Shown here: positions 19,701 through 27,782 of the stretch, in pieces
Numbering within the stretch: the first letter of the stretch is position 1
Layout of the letters: every line of letters starts with the position of its first letter
Assembly: GCA_003695105.1 (NCBI GenBank)
Contig: RFIZ01000017.1
Coordinates: 1 to 45,060, forward strand
Direction of reading: 5' to 3'
Length of the DNA: 45,060 nt
DNA from: Fidelibacterota bacterium
GTDB taxonomy: Bacteria; Fidelibacterota; Marinisomatia; Marinisomatales; J089
Translations under genes and position numbers: made by a program
The notes under the pieces: generated by a model
What the model was told of the DNA's origin: nothing
The model's database searches: none
Seen by the model: only the letters and a program-made list of their open reading frames with translations

Positions 19701-21098
19701 GTTGAAATTGGGGGGACGTTTTCCCTGCAGCGCCCAGTCGGCAATCTCCTCCACCGGAATTCCCAGGGTTTCCCAGGCCGATTCTTCCAGAAAAGATCCC
19801 GTGCCGGCGGAACAGGCTTCGTTCATGGCGTAATCGCTGGCCACTCCGTTGGTGATGTACGTGTATTTGGCATCCTGACCTCCGATCTCAAAGATCGTGT
19901 CCACCTCCGGATCGAAATGAATGGCGGCTTCGGCGTGGGCGATGATTTCGTTGATCACCCCGTCCGTCTGGGCATGAAGGCCGGCGATTTTCCGGCCGGA
20001 ACCGGTCACCCCGCAGCCAAATATGTCCACCGGTACACCCTGCAACTGGTTCGCCAGAGCCCGGTAACAATTCCGGGCGGCGGTGACGGGATCGCCGTTG
20101 GTCCGGAGATATTCAGCGGCGATGATTTTCAAATCATCAGCCCGGAGGAGGACGGCCTTGGTGGTGGTGGAGCCCACGTCCAGACCCAGCACACAACGAT
20201 CCCCGGCCCGGGGAATGCCCCGGGGCTGGGATTTGAAGGTCACCCGGTCCATCCATTCCTGTAGTGGCGGATGAAAATCGAAGCGGGTCCTTCGGGATCG
20301 GAACAACCGGTTCCGCACCTGGCCCCAGGGCCGACAGTCGTTGGTCAGGGCGTACAGGGCCGATCCCAGAGCTTCGAAATAGGTCGCCTCTTCCGGAATG
20401 GTCAGGGACTCGATCTCCTCCTCCAACACTTTCACCATGGCCGTGATGCGGGTCGTTCCGCCAATCAACATCACCCGCCGGAGCGGTGTCGCCTTGGCCA
20501 GTTCCAGCACCTTCTGGGCCATCATCCGACTCAATCCGGCCAGGACCTGTCCCTTGGGAATACCTATATTGGTGGCATGGGTGCAATCACTCTTACAGAA
20601 CACGGAACAACGTCCGGAGACGGGGAAGGGTTTTTCGTCCCGGCTGATGCGGTCGGCTTCTTCCAGCGGAACATCCAGGCGGCGGATCTGCTGGAGAAAA
20701 AATTCCCCCGTCCCGGAGGCACACTTGTTTCCCGTGTAGACCCGGGTGACGCGTCCCCGGCTGTCCAACTGGTATAAAATAAAGGTTTCGGCACCGGCGC
20801 TGATGACGGCTTCAGGAAAGGGACCGTGGCCGTTCACATGTTTCAGTGCCAGTTCCACCGCCTGCGGTTCGGCAATCTGATCCAGCGCCACCAGGTCCTT
20901 GAAGCGTCGACCCGTGACGGCCAGCGGCATCTGCTCCGGCAGATTCAGGGACGCCAGCAAAGATTGGAAGACTGCCCTGGGATTCCCATCATGGGGTTGA
21001 GAATGGACCGATTGGATTTCAGCGCGCCCCCCCGCGGCTCGAACTCGTACACAGGAAATCGTCGAAGCTCCAACACAAATTCCGACTGCTTCCTTCAT
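16755..21098 (-). CDS. Fused 2x BcrAD/BadFG-type ATPase (CoA-enzyme activase) plus dehydratase/DUF2229-like Cys-rich domain protein
   Basis: 1447 aa. Two ASKHA ATPase modules (VGICVGASTISCVRV... and CVLGLDVGSTTTKAVLL...EIGGQDAKY). The C-terminal half has conserved-looking Cys motifs (FCFPCEIAHG, RTCPLVQGEP, NFSCGPDSF, DGPCRFGQY, GPFGCMPN). AGGAGG lies 7 nt upstream of the ATG. Confidence 0.75.
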   Translation of the reverse strand: MKEAVGICVGASTISCVRVRAAGGRAEIQSVHSQPHDGNPRAVFQSLLASLNLPEQMPLAVTGRRFKDLVALDQIAEPQAVELALKHVNGHGPFPEAVISAGAETFILYQLDSRGRVTRVYTGNKCASGTGEFFLQQIRRLDVPLEEADRISRDEKPFPVSGRCSVFCKSDCTHATNIGIPKGQVLAGLSRMMAQKVLELAKATPLRRVMLIGGTTRITAMVKVLEEEIESLTIPEEATYFEALGSALYALTNDCRPWGQVRNRLFRSRRTRFDFHPPLQEWMDRVTFKSQPRGIPRAGDRCVLGLDVGSTTTKAVLLRADDLKIIAAEYLRTNGDPVTAARNCYRALANQLQGVPVDIFGCGVTGSGRKIAGLHAQTDGVINEIIAHAEAAIHFDPEVDTIFEIGGQDAKYTYITNGVASDYAMNEACSAGTGSFLEESAWETLGIPVEEIADWALQGKRPPNFNDQCAAFIASDIKSTSQEGIPREDIVAGLVYSICLNYVNRVKGARPVGRKVFMQGGVCYNRAVPVAMAALSGKEIIVPPEPGLMGAYGVALEVLNRIRTGLMKAQSFDLTVLAGREVAYKDPIICRGGKEKCDLSCEITRVVIDDKTIPFGGACNRFYNLRQKLRIEPGEYDFVLQRQRIIFEEMAPPLETLPDTAPRVGLSRSLLMNTFYPLFAHFFAELGFRPVLAEAVDPEGVDQCAAAFCFPCEIAHGYFHHLVRQKPDFIFLPHIKGLLVPGGTQPSRTCPLVQGEPFYLKNTFLFQREDAPPVLTPTLDLGAALDEQLKAMERLSVPLGVPEKRIREAYTRATAVQEQVRARLQALGQRALRFVEADPERLGVILFGRPYNACAPEANKGIPHKFASRGITVIPVDCLDLETEPVREHMYWAMGQINLKGAEFIRRHPQLFGTYITNFSCGPDSFIVGYFRDILGKKPSLTLELDNHTADAGLETRIEAFLDIVVRYRKLEKDLAPVVKRSTFRPARSRLKDGVYTIYTSDGEITDLWDPRVKLVFCSMGRFSAESIAATYRGMGIRTHVLPELTEEELKRGRGQTSCKECLPLQLTLGGLIRYLEQDREPEEITVYFMPTADGPCRFGQYLDFSRDYIRKKGIPDVTFFTMSADDGYGGLGTRFTLRIWKALILADLFEDIFHTLQVAAVDREAALETFEAAWSRIKAGLSRDYAHLNRAVMEAADLLAGIPKRQALEDFPQVLIVGEIYVRKEGISRRWLPERLIEAGIIPFVAPIHEWGMYVDWLYQHNLVSRPPRGWQRVGKGIERQLKIAVQRRLKTLLSKSGWLVPRYISIPRVVRTGEQFLTRNLTGEAILTTGGPVAEVGDEFCGAIAIGPFGCMPNRLSEALLNLGMDRDHVLAVRSDAHTRRLLADQPHLPFLAIESDGNPFPQVIEARLETFILQAKRMHAVMRRFQGATDRRSLSFSGSGPASP

Positions 21099-21263
21099 GA
21101 CGGCACCTCCTGATTGGGTGGTGAGTAAAATCGTGAAGGAAAATATACAGGAATACTACTATCAAAACCGGAGGAAGGAGTCAGGATTCCTTCACTGAAC
21201 CGGAAGAAATATACTATGATGAACTGCCCATCACCTACCCTCTTTTCGGGTACGGGTGGAAGC

Positions 21264-23249
21264 TTATTTAACCCGGGTCACTTTCCCGGTAAAATCTTTT
21301 GGTCCGGCTTCGATGCGGTAGAGGTAGGTTCCCGAACCGACCAGCTGACCCCGATCATTGCGGCCGGTCCACACGATAGAAGTCAATCCCGGAGACAGGG
21401 TCCGGATCGGCCAGGTTCGGACCCGGCGACCGTTCAGATCCCAGATGGAAACGGATACGGCCTGCTCCCGGTTCGTCAGAATAGGAATGGTCAGCGTGTC
21501 ATGAAAGGGATTGGGAAATTGTTGTCCGACGTAGAGGTCCGATGTCAATGCTTTATAACTTGAATCGGGGATGGCAGTAAAACGCAGGGCCTGGAGATTG
21601 GCTCCCGGTGCCACGACTGAGATTTGCAGCCATACCTGCCCGGCCGGCAAATCCGTTTCCTGGCGAACCACCTTCCAGTCATCCCAGCCCCCGGTGGCGG
21701 TACTCTCCACCAGGGGAATCACCGTTTCTCCGTTGGCATATAAGCGGAAGGCACCGCTGCCGTCCGGACTGGCGAGGGTCCATTCCACGGCATAGTGTCC
21801 CCCATAGGAGATTTCCACCGTGTACCCCAGCCATTCCTGGGCATTCATCCAACCCACATAATAGGGAAAACCGGTTAGCGTGGCCGATTTCCCGATATCC
21901 ACTCCGTCATTGCGATAGACCCAGCCCTGATTGCCCACATTGTTGGGGGCCGAGCCGGTATTTTGATATTCATGATCGCTGTACGCCACACCATTGGCAC
22001 CCAGATCGTACTGGGCGGCATAAAGAGTTCCGGGTAAAACATGGTCGGTGAACGCGTGGGGAGTGCGGAAAAAATCCTCCCGGAAGAGGGCATCTGCCAT
22101 ATCCGGGCGATAGGTGCAACTATCCACATTGAGGTTGTCCGCCATCCGGAACAGGGCGCTTCGGGCCGATTCGTGGGAAGGCCGCGGTCCGGTGTGATTG
22201 AAATAATCCAGCACTGCCTGATAGTCCGGGTATAAAGGCGCCGAATAGAAGCAGGAAATGCTGCGGAGTTTTTTATAGGTCCACACATTCCAGCCCACGC
22301 CGTTGTCTTCCATCAGACGAATGGCTGACCGAATCCAATGGGTGGAATTTTCCCCGAACTCTCCCATCCAGAGGGGAACCCGGTAGGCTTGCCGGAAATT
22401 GAGTAAATATTGGAGTCCACTCTGAACATTGGGGCGCCAGTACCAGTGGAAAGCATACCCCATGTTGGTATCGAAAGGCGGGGTCAATCCGGCAAAATCA
22501 GTGGCGTACCAATTACCTTCCACCCACAGCAAATGATGGGTGTCCACCTCCCGGATGGCGTTGGTGATCCGCATGTACAAGGCCCGCATCTGTCCCGTGG
22601 TGACGCCGCTCGGCAGGACCGGTTCATTGATCAGGTCATAGCCGCCGATCCAGGTTTCGTCGCGGTACCGCCGGGCCAGAGCCCGCCAGAGAGCCACGGT
22701 CAGGTCCTGGTCATCAGAATTTAACCACAGTTCCGCCGTGCCGGGACTGTCACTGATCGGTCCCGGATTTTGACTCCCCGGCGCCGCATGGAGATCCAAA
22801 ATCAGATAAAGCCGATTGGACCGGCACCAGGCCAGGACCGAATCGATGACCGCAAATCCGTAGCTGGTGGTATCTATCTGACCCTGGGCATCCAGGAAAA
22901 ACCGGTAATGCATCGGCAGCCGAACCGAATTGAATCCCATGGCCGCAATCCGGTCGATATCCTGCCGCCGGACGTAATTCGATCGATACCGTTGAAAAAA
23001 TTCCTCCGTTTCCGCTTCCGTCAACAGTTTTCGGATCGAATCACGAATGGCCGTTGCGGAACCGAAACCGGGGAAATTCAACATATAGCCTTCGGGAACC
23101 AGCCAGCCTCCCAGTCCGATGCCCCGGAGGAGGACCGGTGTCCCATTGCCGTCCACTACCTGACCGTCCAGGTTATGAAGATAGCCCGTCTGGCCGCCCA
23201 GAAGGGATACGAGAACGCCTGCAGTCAGGATGCGGACCGGCAGGTTCAT
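21264..23249 (-). CDS. Glycoside hydrolase family 5 (exo/endo-beta-glucanase-like) + CBM6/35-like module + T9SS CTD
   Basis: Start at M36 of the track ORF (ATG 23249-23247, ATGA overlap with the GH16 stop), giving MNLPVRILTAGVLVSLLGG. GH5 motifs GIGLGGWLVPEGYM, acid/base DLINEP, nucleophile WMGEFGEN. CBM-like block YAAQYDLGANGVAYSD...GGWDDWKVV. CTD QQFPNPFHDTLTIPI...GTYLYRIEA. Confidence 0.85.
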   Translation of the reverse strand: MNLPVRILTAGVLVSLLGGQTGYLHNLDGQVVDGNGTPVLLRGIGLGGWLVPEGYMLNFPGFGSATAIRDSIRKLLTEAETEEFFQRYRSNYVRRQDIDRIAAMGFNSVRLPMHYRFFLDAQGQIDTTSYGFAVIDSVLAWCRSNRLYLILDLHAAPGSQNPGPISDSPGTAELWLNSDDQDLTVALWRALARRYRDETWIGGYDLINEPVLPSGVTTGQMRALYMRITNAIREVDTHHLLWVEGNWYATDFAGLTPPFDTNMGYAFHWYWRPNVQSGLQYLLNFRQAYRVPLWMGEFGENSTHWIRSAIRLMEDNGVGWNVWTYKKLRSISCFYSAPLYPDYQAVLDYFNHTGPRPSHESARSALFRMADNLNVDSCTYRPDMADALFREDFFRTPHAFTDHVLPGTLYAAQYDLGANGVAYSDHEYQNTGSAPNNVGNQGWVYRNDGVDIGKSATLTGFPYYVGWMNAQEWLGYTVEISYGGHYAVEWTLASPDGSGAFRLYANGETVIPLVESTATGGWDDWKVVRQETDLPAGQVWLQISVVAPGANLQALRFTAIPDSSYKALTSDLYVGQQFPNPFHDTLTIPILTNREQAVSVSIWDLNGRRVRTWPIRTLSPGLTSIVWTGRNDRGQLVGSGTYLYRIEAGPKDFTGKVTRVK

Positions 23250-24286
23250 TTCAGTAACAGAACCGGTACAGTGGGACCGGAAAGGCGGGATCCGTAGCGG
23301 AGGAGGTAGATTCCGCTCTCCAGCGGGCGACCGAACCGGTCGGTCCCGTCCCACCGGATCAGGGGCGCTTCGGTGGACAGAGCCGTGACCGATTTTCCCA
23401 ACAGATTGTAAATGGTGACCGTCCCCTCCCTGCCCGTGACCGGAATGGTCAGGGAGCGATTGAACGGATTCGGATAGGGGGGCGAAAGTCGATCCGGGAG
23501 CAGCAGACCCGAATCCTCACTCTTCAGGGGACCCCCCGAATACCCCGTGTTGACCGGATCGGTCAGACACAGGATCATCTGGCCATCCTGGAAAACCACA
23601 TTTTCCGGAATAAAATCACAATTATTCCCATCCCAGGTGTGGGTGGCCTTTTGCCAGCGCATGATGTCGAAATAATCGAACGGGTCCTCCCAGGCCAAAC
23701 GAAACTGGTTGGCGGATCCTGCATTTCCACTGTCCGGATCATAGGTGTAATAGCGGACCCAGTCGTAGAAGGCATAGACGGGCAGGATGGAATCGTTGAA
23801 GGTCCCGGCCCAATTGACGTCGGCCGGTTGCCAGATATTCATCATCAGTTTTTGACTGTACACCAGTTCCCCGACGTGGGATCCCACCTGAACCGCCACC
23901 TGAGCACTGTCGATGAACCAGGCCACATAATAGGGCGTCCATTCAATGGCATATACATGGTAGGAATCGCTGGGATTGAAATCAGTGGTGGTGGTGGCCA
24001 CGTGGTGAACCTGTCCCGGCGTGATCACATTCCACTGAATCTGGTGGTCGTACCTTCCCAGGTATTCGATATCAATTTCGTTCCAGTGTCCGATCCAGTC
24101 CGGGTCGTTGTCATGATAGGTGAAAAAAGACGACACCACTCCGCTCCCCGGAGCAAACCGGCAGCGCACTTCAAACCGACCGTATAGAAAAGACTCCATC
24201 GTTCGCAGTTCTCCCCCCCGATAGGGCTTGGCCCCGAGACCGGTTGCCAGCCAGATCACCAGGAACCCGAGGAATTTCTTTTTCAT
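23246..24286 (-). CDS. Glycoside hydrolase family 16 (laminarinase/lichenase-type beta-glucanase) + T9SS CTD
   Basis: Signal peptide MKKKFLGFLVIWLATGLGA. GH16 catalytic motif WNEIDIEYLG (E-x-D-x-E). YHVYAIEWTPYYVAWFID is typical of the family. CTD PPYPNPFNRSLTIPV...GIYLLRY. Confidence 0.88.
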   Translation of the reverse strand: MKKKFLGFLVIWLATGLGAKPYRGGELRTMESFLYGRFEVRCRFAPGSGVVSSFFTYHDNDPDWIGHWNEIDIEYLGRYDHQIQWNVITPGQVHHVATTTTDFNPSDSYHVYAIEWTPYYVAWFIDSAQVAVQVGSHVGELVYSQKLMMNIWQPADVNWAGTFNDSILPVYAFYDWVRYYTYDPDSGNAGSANQFRLAWEDPFDYFDIMRWQKATHTWDGNNCDFIPENVVFQDGQMILCLTDPVNTGYSGGPLKSEDSGLLLPDRLSPPYPNPFNRSLTIPVTGREGTVTIYNLLGKSVTALSTEAPLIRWDGTDRFGRPLESGIYLLRYGSRLSGPTVPVLLLK

Positions 24287-25749
24287 GGATTCATCCTCCG
24301 ACCGTAGTTGAGACGATGGTCATCCGTCAATTGCGGAAAGGACGGTGTCACCACAGGATAGGGGGCGTACTGTTCCGTGACCATCATGGGAATTCCGGTA
24401 ATGGAAAGTTGATTGAATTTACTCACATCGATTTCAATCTGGTCCGAATATCGTTCCTGGAGGCTGTCAATGACAGCCGTAAAAAACCGCAGATCACTGA
24501 GCTTCGGGTCTTTTCGTTGCCGGAGAGACGCTTTCATCCATTGGGCCCGGTAAAAATCACGCCACATGGCCTCGTTTTGGACCACACTGGGGTGCCGGTC
24601 CAGGCCTTCGCGGTAGGCCGCCTGTGTAAGAAAATAATCCCGAATCAGATCGGCGACGGCGTCCCGGAATTCTTCCGCAAAATGACCGGCAGGAATGTTT
24701 TTGGAACGGAATACCAGAGGATGGGTACGGATCAGCTCCCGGTAGCGGCCCACGGTCCAGGGTTCACCATCCAGGGTAAAAAAGATCTCCTCCGCTCCCA
24801 CTTCCGGCAGATCCTGTACCGAGGGGGGCGGCTGGAGTTCGGCGTCCAGATTCCAGAGAGATTGTTGTAACGCCTGCTGTTTTTCTTGCGCACTACGCAG
24901 GTAAAGTTTCTGGGCCCGGCGGGCCATCCGGAAAAAGGTTTCCGGCTGAAACTCCAGCCGGTGTCCGGACATGATCTCTCCGGCGAAGGATTCATAGGCC
25001 CGCTGAGCCGCCTGGTCCTCCAGGTATCGCCGGGCCGTCTCCCACCGTTCCTGCCGCTGGGATTCGGTGACTGCCAGTCGTTCCGTCCAGCCCGCCACTT
25101 CCAGGACCAGATAGCGCTGATCCCCGGTTACCAGCGGACCCAGGATCGCTCCCTGGTGCCAGGGAACGGAATACAGGGTATCCCGAAGGCCCCGGGTATT
25201 CAGGTCTTCCCAGCGGATGATCTTGGTGGGAACCGTATCGCCCGGATAGGCTTCAGCGTAGAGATCCGCCAGGGTTCGATGACGGTTGAGGGTCTGATCC
25301 AACACCCACAAAGCCGCTGTATCCGAGGGCAGGGACAGGTAATGGAGCCGGTAGGTGCGGCCCATGAGGTCCGCCAGTTGCCCGATCGCGGCCGAGTCCA
25401 CCCTGACCGCCCGGGTCCCGTGCCGGTGATACAACCACGCCCGCATGGCCTGTTCTTTACGGCCCTGAAGGGTTGCCTCCACCACCGCCGGCAGCCGGAT
25501 CGTATCACCGGCAAGAGACAGCAGTTTTTCCCCAATCAGGGAATTGAGGATAATGGTTTTGGAGACCGGGGTATTGGTACGGCAATAGGCGGGACGAGGG
25601 GTGTATTCCGCCCGGAAAAGGAAATCCTGGGTGGTGATGATACGGTCACCCACCCGGGCCAGTACATCCAGTTCCAGATCAGGGCGGGAACAGGCCGTGA
25701 ACCAGAGGGCCAGAATTCCGGCCAGCCGAATTATTTGAGGTAGACGCAT
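24283..25749 (-). CDS. Lipoprotein, SurA/PpiD N-terminal chaperone-like (no rotamase motif seen); function unknown
   Basis: Lipobox LALWFTAC. VLARVGDRIITTQDFLFRAEY...IILNSLIGEKLL resembles the SurA_N-type chaperone domain. The rest is helical-looking with no recognisable catalytic motif. ATGA overlap with the GH16 start. Confidence 0.35.
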   Translation of the reverse strand: MRLPQIIRLAGILALWFTACSRPDLELDVLARVGDRIITTQDFLFRAEYTPRPAYCRTNTPVSKTIILNSLIGEKLLSLAGDTIRLPAVVEATLQGRKEQAMRAWLYHRHGTRAVRVDSAAIGQLADLMGRTYRLHYLSLPSDTAALWVLDQTLNRHRTLADLYAEAYPGDTVPTKIIRWEDLNTRGLRDTLYSVPWHQGAILGPLVTGDQRYLVLEVAGWTERLAVTESQRQERWETARRYLEDQAAQRAYESFAGEIMSGHRLEFQPETFFRMARRAQKLYLRSAQEKQQALQQSLWNLDAELQPPPSVQDLPEVGAEEIFFTLDGEPWTVGRYRELIRTHPLVFRSKNIPAGHFAEEFRDAVADLIRDYFLTQAAYREGLDRHPSVVQNEAMWRDFYRAQWMKASLRQRKDPKLSDLRFFTAVIDSLQERYSDQIEIDVSKFNQLSITGIPMMVTEQYAPYPVVTPSFPQLTDDHRLNYGRRMNP

Positions 25750-27761
25750 TTGGCGGAAGTTACTTGATCGGCGGTCGCCAGACGAATAAAATAGAGACCG
25801 GAACCGATGGCCCCGGGCGACCAGGTGATTTCCAGTTCCTCCCCAGGGCTGATGCCTGTCTGAAGTTGGTCCACCAATTTCCCCCGGAGGTCATACACTG
25901 CCAGATGATAGGGGCTGCCCGGTCGCACCTCCATCCGGATAGTGGTCCTCCCGTTGAAGGGATTGGGATACACTCCCAGGCGAAACGATTCCGGCAGCCA
26001 GCTGCCTCTTCCCGGTTGAAGGCCCAGGGAGTGTCCCTCCTGGTACACCTCCAACCCGATCGTCAGGTAGACCAGGGGGGCATTCCAGTTGATGGCGATT
26101 TCATTGGAGGCATAACTGCAGAAATCATCCACGTAGGACAGGGGTGGTCGATCGGAGGGATAGGTACAACCGTCCTGCTGCCCGGGGTTGGGTCCGCCCA
26201 CCAGCAAGCCCGGGACCGGTTCGGGAACGACATCGGCTTCCGATTGATTGTGGTGGGGGTGCTGGGGCGAAAAGGAGCCTATTCCCGTGACAAAGCAATA
26301 GCCCGTGGGGTTACGCCCCAACAGATAATCCAGATTGGCCTGAGCCGCTTCGGCATAAACCGGATCGCCCGAAACGGCGTAGGCATTGAGCAGGACCATA
26401 CCCTGGTTGGCGGCGACGGCATTACTGCCCCAGACGAAATCACTCGCCTGTCCTCCCATGGGACATCCATAGGGCGAAGATTCCATCCGGGTCACCAGAG
26501 TCGTGCCCAGAGCCAGAAGGCGTTCCCGCACCCAGGCCGTATCGACGGCACCTGCCACCTGGGTACGGTGACGGGCCAGGGAGAGTACCCCCAGTGTCCG
26601 GACATCGCCCCACCAGGGAACGGTGAGGGAAGGATGGTTGGCGGGCGCTCCGGTGAGAGTCAAAAAGCTATCCTGCCCGGTGGTTATAAACAGCTCCATG
26701 GCCGCCCAGTCCCTTTCATCGGTGGCATCGTTGTCGCCGTATTCACCGGTGTGGATATCGGGATCGAATTGTTGATTGAGAGCGGTCTGGTTGTAGAGAC
26801 TGTCCGGATAGTGCCGTCCCCAACGCCAGGCAGCCAGAGCCGCCGTCAGACAGGAATCGGCCAGCCCCGGCAGAGCTGTCGGAAACCGGCCGACAACCCG
26901 GGAAGCCACCGCCATGACGGCGGCAAAATCCAGGGTGGCCGGCGTACTTTTCTGGACCACGTACCGGTCCTGGGCCGCTTCAGCCGGCATCATCACCGAT
27001 TCGAATTCGGGGTTGGTCAGTTTGTGATACACCCCACCGTCATCGGGATCCTGCATGGCCAGCATCCACCGCAGGTTCCAGAGAGTTTCATCCAGAAGGT
27101 CGGGCAGGTTGTTGTCCGTTTCGGGAATGGGAACGGTGAGAGTATCCACGTAGTCGGGATAATGTTCCAGCGCCGCCAACAGAGTGTAAGTCGATATACC
27201 GGAATTGACCACATATTTATTGAAGTCACCGGCATCATACCATCCCCGGGGAGCCTGAATCACCGTGCCTTCCGGTCGGGCGGCGGTGGCGGCCGAAGCG
27301 TGGACATACACGGTTGTATCGGGGTGTCCCTCGGCCCGGAACCAGAGTCCGGCATAAGCGGGTTCCAGCGGAGTGGAGGCTCGTTGGTAATAATAGCCCT
27401 TGATCACCGTGCGCAGCAAATTCCAGTAGCGGTGCGCACTAATTGACACCGGCCAAGACGTTTCCCCGTTGGCCAGTACCAGATAGTCACCCGGTTGGGT
27501 CCAGGCGGAAAAATCCAGTTTATGGGTGATGGAACCGGTCAGATTCCAGTACTCGGCTCCCCCGGCCGTACCCGTCCAGACCGTGTCTCCCCCGGACGTG
27601 ACCAGGTAGAAATTCGAAACCGTCGGAGTGGTAATCACGGCTATTTTGGCCTGGCCGGGATAGAATCCCACCTGGTTCACGGCGATGGCGGGAACCTGGG
27701 AATACAGAACCACCGAACAGCAAATCACCCAGGCAGGGAACAGCAAATACGACCACCTCAT
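25731..27761 (-). CDS. Glycoside hydrolase family 9 endo-beta-1,4-glucanase with N-terminal Ig-like (CelD_N) domain + T9SS CTD
   Basis: IAVNQVGFYPGQAKIAV (CelD_N-like). GH9 motifs GWYDAGDFNKY, WMLAMQDPDDGGVYHKL, DFVWGSN, HHNQS, LVGGPN, YASNEIAINWNAPLVY. CTD GVYPNPFNGRTTIRM...GLYFIRL. Confidence 0.9.
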   Translation of the reverse strand: MRWSYLLFPAWVICCSVVLYSQVPAIAVNQVGFYPGQAKIAVITTPTVSNFYLVTSGGDTVWTGTAGGAEYWNLTGSITHKLDFSAWTQPGDYLVLANGETSWPVSISAHRYWNLLRTVIKGYYYQRASTPLEPAYAGLWFRAEGHPDTTVYVHASAATAARPEGTVIQAPRGWYDAGDFNKYVVNSGISTYTLLAALEHYPDYVDTLTVPIPETDNNLPDLLDETLWNLRWMLAMQDPDDGGVYHKLTNPEFESVMMPAEAAQDRYVVQKSTPATLDFAAVMAVASRVVGRFPTALPGLADSCLTAALAAWRWGRHYPDSLYNQTALNQQFDPDIHTGEYGDNDATDERDWAAMELFITTGQDSFLTLTGAPANHPSLTVPWWGDVRTLGVLSLARHRTQVAGAVDTAWVRERLLALGTTLVTRMESSPYGCPMGGQASDFVWGSNAVAANQGMVLLNAYAVSGDPVYAEAAQANLDYLLGRNPTGYCFVTGIGSFSPQHPHHNQSEADVVPEPVPGLLVGGPNPGQQDGCTYPSDRPPLSYVDDFCSYASNEIAINWNAPLVYLTIGLEVYQEGHSLGLQPGRGSWLPESFRLGVYPNPFNGRTTIRMEVRPGSPYHLAVYDLRGKLVDQLQTGISPGEELEITWSPGAIGSGLYFIRLATADQVTSAKCVYLK

Positions 27762-27782
27762 TCCCGTACTCCGGGAGGCGGG

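Noticed and set aside
21174-21193. Hairpin GAAGGA-N8-TCCTTC followed on the minus strand by CTCCGGTTTT, a possible terminator of the glycan operon.
   Set aside because: The stem is only 6 bp with an 8-nt loop and a short U-tract, about 70 nt past the GH5 stop. That is too weak to call as a feature. It could equally be part of the activase promoter region.
23250-23354. N-terminal extensions of track ORFs: 21264-23354, 27783-28943, 13979-14872 and 5790-6347.
   Set aside because: The extensions overlap the 3' ends of upstream genes and encode no signal peptide. Internal Mets at 23249, 28832, 14674 and 6293 give proper signal peptides or catalytic N-termini, with ATGA overlaps or an RBS.
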